From Chloroflexota bacterium (GTDB taxonomy: Bacteria; Chloroflexota; Dehalococcoidia; JACQUA01), in assembly GCA_016210565.1 (NCBI GenBank), contig JACQUA010000270.1:19996-51995 (forward strand): a stretch of DNA of 32,000 nucleotides, written 5' to 3'. The position numbers were made by a program, and so were the translations under genes. Below are positions 22,408-30,928 of the stretch, in pieces (position 1 is the first letter of the stretch; every line of letters begins with the position of its first letter). The notes beneath the pieces are model-generated. The model saw only the letters and a program-made list of their open reading frames with translations. It did not search any database and was not told the origin of the DNA.

Positions 22408-23655
22408 CTAACCACCGAAGTGTTTGATCGTCTTTCTCAGGGCCTCCACTTTCGGTTCCGCCTCCTGGGTACTGCTGTAGTTATTGACAAACTGCATCAC
22501 CTTTGGCTGAATCGCCTCGGCGGTGGGACAAAGGCCTTTTTCGTACCTGACTTTGCCTTTGTACAACGGGCAGTGAACAGGACACCCTTTGCCGTAGAAA
22601 TTGCCGGTCTGATAGACCGTTTCCAAATATACTACCGACCAGGCGGCGTATATGCCATCGCCGCCGAACTCAATGTATTTTTTTCTGAATTCTTTCCATG
22701 GTATTCCTATCTGCTGTCCCTCAAACCTTGCCGCATAGGTCCAATAGGCATTGGTATAGCCTTCGGGTACATATTGGGGGATCAGCCACCCGCACCCCTT
22801 TATGGCGTCAGCGTACATTGCCGCGATCTTCTGCCTCAGACCCACAAAGAACTCGGCCTTTTCCAGTTGGGCAAGGCCCACCGCGGCCGCAACCTCCGGC
22901 ATCCTGTAGTTCCAGGCAAACATGTCATGTCTCTTGAAATCGGGGTCCTGGAAGATGTCTTTGTCCAGCTTGATTCTGCCCTCGCCGGCGCCGATGGTGC
23001 AGAATCCCTGGGAGCCATGTTTTCGGACCTTCCTGGCCAATTGTTCGTCGCTGGCCGTGACCATCCCGCCATCGCCGGTGGTCAGGTGTTTTGAATTCTC
23101 GAAACTGAAACTCGCCATATGTCCGATTGAGCCAGTCGTCCTACCTTTATAAGTGGCCAGGACTGCCTGGGCATCATCCTCTATGACCGCGAGATTATGC
23201 TTCCCGGCCAGTTCCATCAAGGGGTCGAAATCGGCCGGCAGGCCGTACAATGACACCGGAATGATTGCTTTGGTTCGCGATGTGATCTTTCGTTCAACAT
23301 CTTTCGGGTCTATGTTAAAAGTATCCTCAGAAACATCCGCGAAGACAGGCACGGCATTCTGGTGCAGTACCACGTTTGCGGTCATTATGACGCCGAAGGC
23401 CGGCACAATTACTTCGTCTCCGGGGCCCACGCCGGCAGCCGCCAGGCACGAATGCATTGTCGATGTGCCGGAGTTGAAGCAAACGCCATACTTCGCCCCG
23501 ACCTTTTCGGCAAATCTTTTTTCAAATCTCTGGCACATGCTTCCCGCGGTCGCTGCCGCGAAGCCGGAGTCCAGGACTTCCTTTATGTATTTCAGTTCTC
23601 TTTCGTCAAATCGCCACCCCTTGTTTTCGATCACGTTGTGTGCTCCTTTTAGCAT
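22408..23655 (-). CDS. DegT/DnrJ/EryC1/StrS-family PLP aminotransferase (long form)
   Basis: 'GDEVIVPAFGVIMTANVV', 'IIPVSLYGLPADF', 'VIEDDAQA', 'SFSFENSKHLTTGDGGM' (PLP-Lys motif). The start is uncertain: TTG 23739, ATG 23655, or GTG 23634 (preceded by AAAGGAG). Confidence 0.8.
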   Translation of the reverse strand: MLKGAHNVIENKGWRFDERELKYIKEVLDSGFAAATAGSMCQRFEKRFAEKVGAKYGVCFNSGTSTMHSCLAAAGVGPGDEVIVPAFGVIMTANVVLHQNAVPVFADVSEDTFNIDPKDVERKITSRTKAIIPVSLYGLPADFDPLMELAGKHNLAVIEDDAQAVLATYKGRTTGSIGHMASFSFENSKHLTTGDGGMVTASDEQLARKVRKHGSQGFCTIGAGEGRIKLDKDIFQDPDFKRHDMFAWNYRMPEVAAAVGLAQLEKAEFFVGLRQKIAAMYADAIKGCGWLIPQYVPEGYTNAYWTYAARFEGQQIGIPWKEFRKKYIEFGGDGIYAAWSVVYLETVYQTGNFYGKGCPVHCPLYKGKVRYEKGLCPTAEAIQPKVMQFVNNYSSTQEAEPKVEALRKTIKHFGG

Positions 23656-23776
23656 TGATCGCGTCAATGTACAGTTCCATATTATAGCAGACTCTTCGTC
23701 AACCTTCGAAATACTGCAAATAGGGGATTCTCCGTGCAACCTGGCTTCGTTGACATTGTGGTTTGTCGTGACTGAT

Positions 23777-23837
23777 GGTGGGTTCGCGCAGCGGCCCTCA
23801 CCCCCGACACCACCCCGCTGCGCTTAACCCACCCTAC
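23777..23837 (+). repeat. Family-B hairpin element (supplies the last codons and stop of the 23824..25821 ORF)
   Basis: ggtgggttcgcgcagcgg...ccgctgcgcttaacccaccctac; inner stem GCGCAGCGG/CCGCTGCGC. Confidence 0.85.
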
Positions 23838-25821
23838 CTTGCTTTCCAGGCCCGGGTGCTTCGGCTATCATCCGTTTCATGAGACTCACTACTCTGTAGG
23901 ACGCCCGGCCGTCCGGCTCGCCGGCCCATTCCCGGACGAACCGGTCCCTGCCGGCCTTGAGCTTCGCCCGGGTCGCCTCGTCAAACAGCGCCCGGTGGAT
24001 GGCCGGCCCGATGTCTTCCTTGCGGTAAACGCCCACAGCGGCGCTCTCTTGCGCGTAGGGGACGGACACCGGAGTTCCCGCCAGGTTGATCACCACCACC
24101 GGCTTACCAATCATCATCGCTTCCAGGGCAACGGTGGAGTACCTGACGATGATAAGCTCGCACCGGCTGATCACGGCGTACAAGTCGATATCCTTGACCA
24201 CGTGAATCCTCGGGTCACAGTACCGGCGAGCCGTCCCGTCGTAAGGCTCGATGCCTTCACCGGGATGAACCTTCACCACCAATTGGACATCGCTTGTTTT
24301 GAGGACGGCATCTATCACGCCAGTCAGCGCTTCCACCGTTTCACTAACAGCCAAATTCTCGGTGGCGAACACAACGATTGGCTTACCGGGATCGATGCCA
24401 GCCCTTGTAAGAACCTGGTCGTCTCGCTCCTTGTCTCTATAAAACAAAAGGTCGAAATGCGCTATCCCGGTCACAACTACTCTGTCCGGGCGAACTCCGC
24501 TTTCTATGTAAATGTTCCTTACTACTTCGCCCATGGTGGCAATTCTATCCGCGTGCAGGTGCCTCATGTACGAGGGGGCGTTATCAGTCTCCAGGACAGC
24601 GCTGCAAGCTAAGGTCGGAATATTATCTTTTCTGGCGAGCGCCGCTGCCATCTGTTGGGGGAAATATCCGTCCGGCATCAAACATACTATGTCCGGTAAT
24701 ATCGCCTTTATCAGCCTCTCGGTAAACATGATCGAGTAAATTGCCTCGAAACAGAGGCGCGGCAGTTGGGCTAGCAGGACCGCGGTACACAGGGATTCCG
24801 CCGAGAACCGGTCTGCCCCGGCGCGGGTGCCGGCATTGTCACGAAATGAACTGATATGCTTTCTGAGCCTGAGGAAGAGGGGGACGGCTTTCATCAACTC
24901 GAAGGGTAAGGAGATCGCTGCAAGCAAGCGGGATCGCCTGGAGACCCCGGTGTTATGGTCCTGGAAAAAAGCGACCAATCCTGGTTCATAAAGACCAACG
25001 TAAGGGATTATCCCGTTTCGAATGCATTCATTGCAAATAGCCCGCGCCGGTCTGGCATACAGCGCGGTGGAAACGATGAAGAGGGCTTTCTGCTTCCCCT
25101 CGTCTCCTGGTGCTGTACGAGCCGGATTAACCTTCTTGAACAGTCCCCGGAAGCGGCGTCCAGCAAACCCCGGTGCGTTCCGGAAGAACGAATACCCCAG
25201 GGCCGCAGCTTGCAAGCACCGGCGCGCCGGCGAACGAAACTTCTGGTACGCGGGCAAATACGTGGCCGTTGTGATCTCCGCCGAGGCAATCGCTGGAAAC
25301 CAGACAGTGTACGGCTTCGTAAGCACAAGAATGAGGGCTTTACAGTCTTGCGCTGTCATCTGCAGGCACAAGTTAGATAACCTTATCGCAAAAACGTAGC
25401 TTGCAAGGTCGTGCTCCAGGTTCAGAAAGCTTATGCCGGAATACTGTAATGAGTCAACGTGCTCCGCAGAAGCATGCAACAAATCGGACAGCTCATACGC
25501 CTTTCCCCAGCACGATTCGTCATCTGCACTGTAGTGGCGGTTAATTTCGTAAAACGCCTCACTGGCGATCCCGCCCAGTTCCAGCCTTTTTCGCGTTCCC
25601 TCGTCAACGCAGAAAACTCTGACGTTGTCCCCAAATCGTTTCCTGCTTCTTGAAACAAGCTGGCCGACCTTATCTTCAATCGCCGTTTCATCAACGAACT
25701 TGCAGATGAAAACTTTCATGATTACCGCTGGTTTCTGCCGCCACAGCGCCCGGAACAGTCGCGCCCTCAGGGACCTGGCTCTTATTGTTTCTGAGGTGGG
25801 CCATCGTCTCCGGACTTTCAC
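23824..25821 (-). CDS. Large hypothetical protein; the C-terminal ~250 aa is a GT-B-type transferase domain (TagF/sialyltransferase-like, 'HP' motif) and the N-terminal ~400 aa is unassigned
   Basis: 'PIVVFATENLAVSE...LVVKVHPGEG...DIDLYAVISRCELIIVRYSTVALEAMMIGKPVVVI' has the layout of a GT-B C-terminal domain. The GTG at 25821 overlaps the GT2 stop (GTGA); ATG 25719 is an alternative start. The last 4 codons and the stop are supplied by a repeat element. Confidence 0.35.
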   Translation of the reverse strand: MKVRRRWPTSETIRARSLRARLFRALWRQKPAVIMKVFICKFVDETAIEDKVGQLVSRSRKRFGDNVRVFCVDEGTRKRLELGGIASEAFYEINRHYSADDESCWGKAYELSDLLHASAEHVDSLQYSGISFLNLEHDLASYVFAIRLSNLCLQMTAQDCKALILVLTKPYTVWFPAIASAEITTATYLPAYQKFRSPARRCLQAAALGYSFFRNAPGFAGRRFRGLFKKVNPARTAPGDEGKQKALFIVSTALYARPARAICNECIRNGIIPYVGLYEPGLVAFFQDHNTGVSRRSRLLAAISLPFELMKAVPLFLRLRKHISSFRDNAGTRAGADRFSAESLCTAVLLAQLPRLCFEAIYSIMFTERLIKAILPDIVCLMPDGYFPQQMAAALARKDNIPTLACSAVLETDNAPSYMRHLHADRIATMGEVVRNIYIESGVRPDRVVVTGIAHFDLLFYRDKERDDQVLTRAGIDPGKPIVVFATENLAVSETVEALTGVIDAVLKTSDVQLVVKVHPGEGIEPYDGTARRYCDPRIHVVKDIDLYAVISRCELIIVRYSTVALEAMMIGKPVVVINLAGTPVSVPYAQESAAVGVYRKEDIGPAIHRALFDEATRAKLKAGRDRFVREWAGEPDGRASYRVVSLMKRMIAEAPGPGKQGRVG

Positions 25822-26924
25822 CCGGAGGTTGTCCCCGCGTTCAGGACGCGGGAGCGTATTTGGTCGAAGTCTCGCCGGTACTTGGAGGACCGGGGCGGTC
25901 CTGAACAGTACCCGTTTGCGTACCCGGAACCGATGAGCTGTATGCGCAACGTTTCCAGCACCCTGCCGGCCGCGGCGCGGGGATTCAGCCCACTCAGAAG
26001 ACGGGGAATCTTCCCCGGCCCGGATTTCCTCCCGGTTTCTGCCGGACAGTATCTTCTCATGTAGGCCGACATGGCGTTATCAACGACTCTTCCTGCCCCG
26101 TTTAAATCCAGACGGGACTGTTTGCTGAGATGAACTGACAGGCATGTTCGGAATTTGGCATATTCCTCATCATATACCCCCGCTTCAAGGGCATCTCTCA
26201 GGGTTGGCCAGAATCCGGGTGTGATTGAATCGCCGACATAACATCCAGCTCTGATTGATCCACTGTCCCGAGCGTCATAGAAAACATCCAAACATTTTAG
26301 CTTGCTATAGATAATGGCAAGCATGGAGGGCAAGAGCTCTCCGAAGAAGACGGGATCGACCCCGGACTTCAACAGTTCTCCATAAACCATTTTCAGAAGC
26401 TCGGTTCGGTGAACAGCATAAATGGTCGGATGCGAGTAATTCGTCAGATGATGATGGAACCGGGCCGTCGAGTCAGAAGAGGTAATGGATTCATGGGAGT
26501 AAACAGGCGCCCACCAGAATACTTGTTTCCCATTTTCGCCTTCCTCTAAGTGGAAACTGATATAGTGTCCATGAGCAACGGCAAAGCCTGGGTTCTTTTC
26601 CAAAAAGCCCATCGATGCTCTTACGCCGTTTGGTATGACAAAATCATCATCGGCAGCGAAAAGGCAATACTTTTCTTCAGCGTGCTCTACCGCATCAGCC
26701 ATCTTATGGTGGGGGTTGATCTTTGTGGAATAATTATCAAGATATTGAATGCTCAGACCCGAAATTGATGAGATCGTTTTCCTATTTGCTGGTTTAATCT
26801 CATTGGAACTAGAATCGGCTACAATTATGTTGAAATCTTTCGCGTGATCAGCGTAGTAGCCCAAAGCGCGGCGCAGATAGTCCGGACGGTTAAAGGTGGG
26901 GATGATGAGGTTGCAAATCGCCAT
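25818..26924 (-). CDS. Family-2 (GT-A) glycosyltransferase
   Basis: 'LIIPTFNRPDYLRRAL', 'IIVADSS', 'FAADDDF' (DxD). The start abuts the upstream stop. Confidence 0.7.
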   Translation of the reverse strand: MAICNLIIPTFNRPDYLRRALGYYADHAKDFNIIVADSSSNEIKPANRKTISSISGLSIQYLDNYSTKINPHHKMADAVEHAEEKYCLFAADDDFVIPNGVRASMGFLEKNPGFAVAHGHYISFHLEEGENGKQVFWWAPVYSHESITSSDSTARFHHHLTNYSHPTIYAVHRTELLKMVYGELLKSGVDPVFFGELLPSMLAIIYSKLKCLDVFYDARDSGSIRAGCYVGDSITPGFWPTLRDALEAGVYDEEYAKFRTCLSVHLSKQSRLDLNGAGRVVDNAMSAYMRRYCPAETGRKSGPGKIPRLLSGLNPRAAAGRVLETLRIQLIGSGYANGYCSGPPRSSKYRRDFDQIRSRVLNAGTTSG

Positions 26925-28079
26925 TCAGTGCTTCCTCAGCAGTATTTTCTTGAGACAATCACAGATATATTCTACATCCGACTCGGTAAGGTTAGCCGCC
27001 GAGGGAAGACATAACCCGTAGGGAGAGATTTCATACGACACCGGATTTATTTTCCGCATATTCCTGCCGCTGCAATACCGGGCATAGGCGGGCATCGAGC
27101 TTACCGGATAGAAGAAGGGTCTCCCGTCGATGTTGTCTTCTTTCAGCTTGCGTATTAGCTGTTCTTTCCTCAGGCCATATTCTTTACTGATCATTGCCGT
27201 CGCCACCCAGAAAGTGCTCCGCGTGTTCCTGGCTTCGAAGTTCAACCGCATGCCGTCCAGGTCCTTAAGCCTTTCGGAATACCAGCGGAGGGCTCGCCTC
27301 TTTTGTTCCACCAGCTCATTAAGCCTTCGTAGTTGCGCCAGGGCGAGCGCCGCCTGCATATTTGTCCACTGATAGTTGAAACCGATTTCCTCCGACCAGA
27401 ACGTCTTAACTTTGTATTCCGCCATTCCATGATGGCGCAGCTTCCTGGCTCTCTCATAAATCCGTCTATTGTTCGTGGCCAGCATTCCTCCCTGGCCGGC
27501 CATCATAAGCTTGGTGGCATTAAAGCTGAAGAGGGAGATTTTCCCAAAAGTTCCGGCCTTCTGGTTCTTGTACTCTGCACCCATGGCCTCGGCCGCGTCC
27601 TCGATTATGGGAACTGCGTGCCGGCGCGCAATGCTCCTGATTTCTTCCATCCTGGGCATCGTCCCGTAGAGATCAACCACTACCACTGCCCTGGTCTTTC
27701 CGGTTATCGCTCTCTCGAAGGAGTCCGGATCCAGGCACCAATCGTTTCGGTCAATATCGGCAAACACAGGCGTCGCCCCAACGTAATGGATTGGGGCGGC
27801 CGATGCCACCCAGGTGATGTCGGGTACTATGACTTCATCCCCGGGCCCGATATTTAATGCCAGCAGCGCCAGGTGGATGGCATCGGTGCAGTGGGCGGTT
27901 GGCAGACAATACTTCATGCCCGTATAAGAAGAGAACTCTTTTGTGAATTGGTCAATGTGCATATTCCTGTTTTCATACCAGCCATACCTCACTGCCTCGG
28001 TAACGAGCCGGACTTCTTCATCGGTTATGAATGGACCTTGAGATGGTATCCGGGCTCTTGTGCTGCCGTTATCTACCAT
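26925..28079 (-). CDS. DegT/DnrJ/EryC1/StrS-family PLP sugar aminotransferase
   Basis: 'GPGDEVIVPDITWVASAAP', 'VVVVDLYG', 'IIEDAAEAMG', 'SLFSFNATKLMMAGQGGML'. Confidence 0.85.
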   Translation of the reverse strand: MVDNGSTRARIPSQGPFITDEEVRLVTEAVRYGWYENRNMHIDQFTKEFSSYTGMKYCLPTAHCTDAIHLALLALNIGPGDEVIVPDITWVASAAPIHYVGATPVFADIDRNDWCLDPDSFERAITGKTRAVVVVDLYGTMPRMEEIRSIARRHAVPIIEDAAEAMGAEYKNQKAGTFGKISLFSFNATKLMMAGQGGMLATNNRRIYERARKLRHHGMAEYKVKTFWSEEIGFNYQWTNMQAALALAQLRRLNELVEQKRRALRWYSERLKDLDGMRLNFEARNTRSTFWVATAMISKEYGLRKEQLIRKLKEDNIDGRPFFYPVSSMPAYARYCSGRNMRKINPVSYEISPYGLCLPSAANLTESDVEYICDCLKKILLRKH

Positions 28080-28091
28080 GCTGTGCGTCCC

Positions 28092-28871
28092 CTATCTATC
28101 ACCGTCAGCGTATTCCAGGCTGACACGTGCGTACACCTTTTTACCATTGTCTACGAAATAAGCGGAAGGATGCGGTGGAAATGTCCGTGCTCTGAGAAGA
28201 TTAATCAATTCTCTGGCCGTGTATTTCTTGTCCAAATCGATTACGTCCAGTTTCCGTAAATCTTTGGCAAGGTGAGAAGTTGCTTTGTTTTCGTTTTGCT
28301 CGGTCCGGTTTGGTTTTCCGTCTCTGATATCTGGCCAGGTTCTCTTGAACAATTCCACACTTTCATGTACGCTTTTGTTATATACTGTCTCTCCGGTATC
28401 GATAGGTTCCACTGCTATCATGGTCTGTGCGATGATATCGCCCGTATCCGTGCCCTCATCTATGTAATGCAGCGTTACGCCCGCGGGCGTTCCGTCAACT
28501 ATAGCCCATACATTGGGGTTCTTGCCGCGATTGTATGGTAGGTATGCCAGGTGTACATTAATGCAACCGTAGAGGGGTATTGCGAGTAGTTCAGGTTTGA
28601 GTAGAAGTCCCCAGAAAACACTCAGGATTATGTCTGGTTTCAGCTTCCTGATATCATCCAGGCATGTCCCTCTTTGGATTTCATCTCCATCAAAGATTTT
28701 ATTCCGTGGCAAGCCCAGCGCCTGGACGATCTTGTTCGTATAGCCCCTGTTAAGATAGCCCTCCATACGTGGGGGATGAACAGCCAGTCCCACTATGTTC
28801 TCGCTTTTTCCTTTCAGATATTTAGCAATTTCGTGGCCTGCCCAATAATCCGCCATTAGCAATATTCTCAT
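28092..28871 (-). CDS. Formyltransferase-domain protein (sugar N-formyltransferase candidate)
   Basis: 'CINVHLAYLPYNRGKNPNVWAI' (HxSLLPxxRG-type) and 'HYIDEGTDTGDIIAQ', typical of N10-formyl-THF-dependent transferases. It lies adjacent to an aminotransferase. Confidence 0.8.
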   Translation of the reverse strand: MRILLMADYWAGHEIAKYLKGKSENIVGLAVHPPRMEGYLNRGYTNKIVQALGLPRNKIFDGDEIQRGTCLDDIRKLKPDIILSVFWGLLLKPELLAIPLYGCINVHLAYLPYNRGKNPNVWAIVDGTPAGVTLHYIDEGTDTGDIIAQTMIAVEPIDTGETVYNKSVHESVELFKRTWPDIRDGKPNRTEQNENKATSHLAKDLRKLDVIDLDKKYTARELINLLRARTFPPHPSAYFVDNGKKVYARVSLEYADGDR

Positions 28872-28877
28872 ACTTTC

Positions 28878-29954
28878 CTACTCCCGATTCCACATCAAAT
28901 CTTCTGACAAATATCCATTCTTCAATAGATTTTCCATCTTTTGCAGTCGATAGAAATTAACATTATTAAAATGCGCCTCGGTTAGCGGCAATCCCTTGAA
29001 GCAATCTGTCATTTCCCGTATTCCATTCTTAACCGACCAGTCACACCGAAATCCCGGGAAGGTCTTCTTTATCAGTTCAAAGGAGACTTTGTAGGTCCGC
29101 GTGTCAACACCATCCTGGACCTTTCTGTCTTTAACCAGATCCAGGCCGTTGGAGTTGTCATTGATGTTCCGCAAGAATGTAATTTCACTGCCCGGGACCG
29201 CGTCCTTTACCATCCTGGCAAGATCAATTATCTGGTAGTTTGCCTGAGCGTCGCCTACGTTCAAAACCAATGGTCTATCCTGCTCGAGATCGTAATCAAT
29301 ACCGTACCGGATAGCTTTACACATATCCTGAATATGAACAAATGGTCTCCAGGCTTTGCCGTCGGAATTCAGAATGATTCTTTTCGTCGCTACGGCCATC
29401 CCGGCAAACATATTTATCACTAAGTCAAAGCGCATACGCGGCGACAACCCGAAGGCGGTGGCAAATCTAAGCATGACCGGGGAAAAATCTTTATCGCCCA
29501 TCTCCGCGAGGTCGTTTTCGATTTGCAGTTTGTTCAAAGAGTAGCCGGTCTGGGGGTTCGTTGGCGATTGCTCAGTCAGGACTTGCTGGCCTCCCGCCCC
29601 GTATACCGAACAGCTTGACGCAAAAACGAACCTTATGCCCCTGGACTTACACAGTTTGGCGATGGCGATGGTGTATTTCCTCACCGGATCATAGACTTTC
29701 TCCCGCGGCAAAGACTCAAGTGGATCATTGGATATGGCGGCCAGGTGCACTACCGCATCCACTCCCTTCAAATCGTCGCCGCCAAAATTCCTCATATCCT
29801 TAAATATCGTTTTCTCTTCTTTCGGCGGGTAGAGGCAGCAGTCCCTGAAGAAACCGGTATCGTAGCCGGTACACTCATAGTTGTTATCAGCCAGGTAGGG
29901 CATGAGCACACTGCCAATATATCCAAGAGACCCGGTAACCAGGACCTTTTTCAT
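28878..29954 (-). CDS. NAD-dependent epimerase/dehydratase family protein (extended SDR)
   Basis: 'KKVLVTGSLGYIGS', 'ASSCSVYG', 'GYSLNK' (YxxxK), 'RTYKVSFELIKK' (shared with the paralogs at 489 and 2323). Confidence 0.75.
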   Translation of the reverse strand: MKKVLVTGSLGYIGSVLMPYLADNNYECTGYDTGFFRDCCLYPPKEEKTIFKDMRNFGGDDLKGVDAVVHLAAISNDPLESLPREKVYDPVRKYTIAIAKLCKSRGIRFVFASSCSVYGAGGQQVLTEQSPTNPQTGYSLNKLQIENDLAEMGDKDFSPVMLRFATAFGLSPRMRFDLVINMFAGMAVATKRIILNSDGKAWRPFVHIQDMCKAIRYGIDYDLEQDRPLVLNVGDAQANYQIIDLARMVKDAVPGSEITFLRNINDNSNGLDLVKDRKVQDGVDTRTYKVSFELIKKTFPGFRCDWSVKNGIREMTDCFKGLPLTEAHFNNVNFYRLQKMENLLKNGYLSEDLMWNRE

Positions 29955-29960
29955 TTTTTC

Positions 29961-30890
29961 TTAATCCCTGACTTTCTCTGAAAGTTTCAGCGGCGCGTCT
30001 AGATAGTAGTCAATAGTCTTTTGAATGCCTTCCTTTATGCCTGTTCCCGGCACCCAGCCGAGGTCGGTCTTGATTCTCGAGATGTCTGCCCAGAAGTTAG
30101 CGGTTGGACCACTGGCGGGCTGCTCCGGCGCCTTGCCCTCGTATGGCAAGCCGAGGCTTGCACGGACAGTCTCCACAATCTCCTGGACGCTGGTGGAACT
30201 GCCCGACCCGATATTGTAGACGCCGTTCTTCTTCGGGCCATTGGTAATTGCCGAGATCGCCCTGGCTACATCTTCCACATAAACAAAATCATTTCTGGCC
30301 AGGGGGGTCTTTAGCTCAGGTCTTTCACCCTTCCGCGCACAGTCAATGATGTAAGGTATGAGAGACGCTTTTCGATGTCCCGGGCCGTAGACATAGAACA
30401 GCCTGGTCCAAACAAAGCCCATGCCACGTTCTCGGGCAAGCTCCTTTCCTAACCAGTGCAAGGCATTCTTGGCGGCGGCAAAGGCGTTGGATGGTTTTAG
30501 CACCGCATCTTCGCTGACTTTTCCGGTCTGCTGCCCGTATTCCCAGCAACTTCCGCTACAGATGACAGACTTGCATCCCGACTCCGCTAACATGGTTAGC
30601 AAACTCAAGCCATAATTGAGGTTTTTTACGCTTGTTTCAGCGTCATAATTGGGTATACCTTCCCATGCCAGGTGAACAGCCACCTCAGGGCTGAACTGTC
30701 CGACCTCATCTTGCCACTTTCCAATATCCGAGAGGTCACCCTGTACCGTGTCAACTTTCGGCATCACCGGCAAAGAGCGAGCGTTTCCCGGTTGCCGGGA
30801 CAGCAAAAGCAGAGCGTTTCCTCCGCTCTGTAATTCTTTTACCACACGACTCCCGACAAAACCCGTGCCACCAGTTACGAAAATTCTCAT
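29961..30890 (-). CDS. NAD-dependent epimerase/dehydratase family protein (extended SDR) with FxxxK in place of YxxxK
   Basis: 'MRIFVTGGTGFVGSRVV', 'CSGSCWEYG', 'PSNAFAAAKNAL', 'RLFYVYGPG'. Confidence 0.7.
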   Translation of the reverse strand: MRIFVTGGTGFVGSRVVKELQSGGNALLLLSRQPGNARSLPVMPKVDTVQGDLSDIGKWQDEVGQFSPEVAVHLAWEGIPNYDAETSVKNLNYGLSLLTMLAESGCKSVICSGSCWEYGQQTGKVSEDAVLKPSNAFAAAKNALHWLGKELARERGMGFVWTRLFYVYGPGHRKASLIPYIIDCARKGERPELKTPLARNDFVYVEDVARAISAITNGPKKNGVYNIGSGSSTSVQEIVETVRASLGLPYEGKAPEQPASGPTANFWADISRIKTDLGWVPGTGIKEGIQKTIDYYLDAPLKLSEKVRD

Positions 30891-30928
30891 GCTATTACTT
30901 CAATATATGATTAATCTGTTTCACAGAA

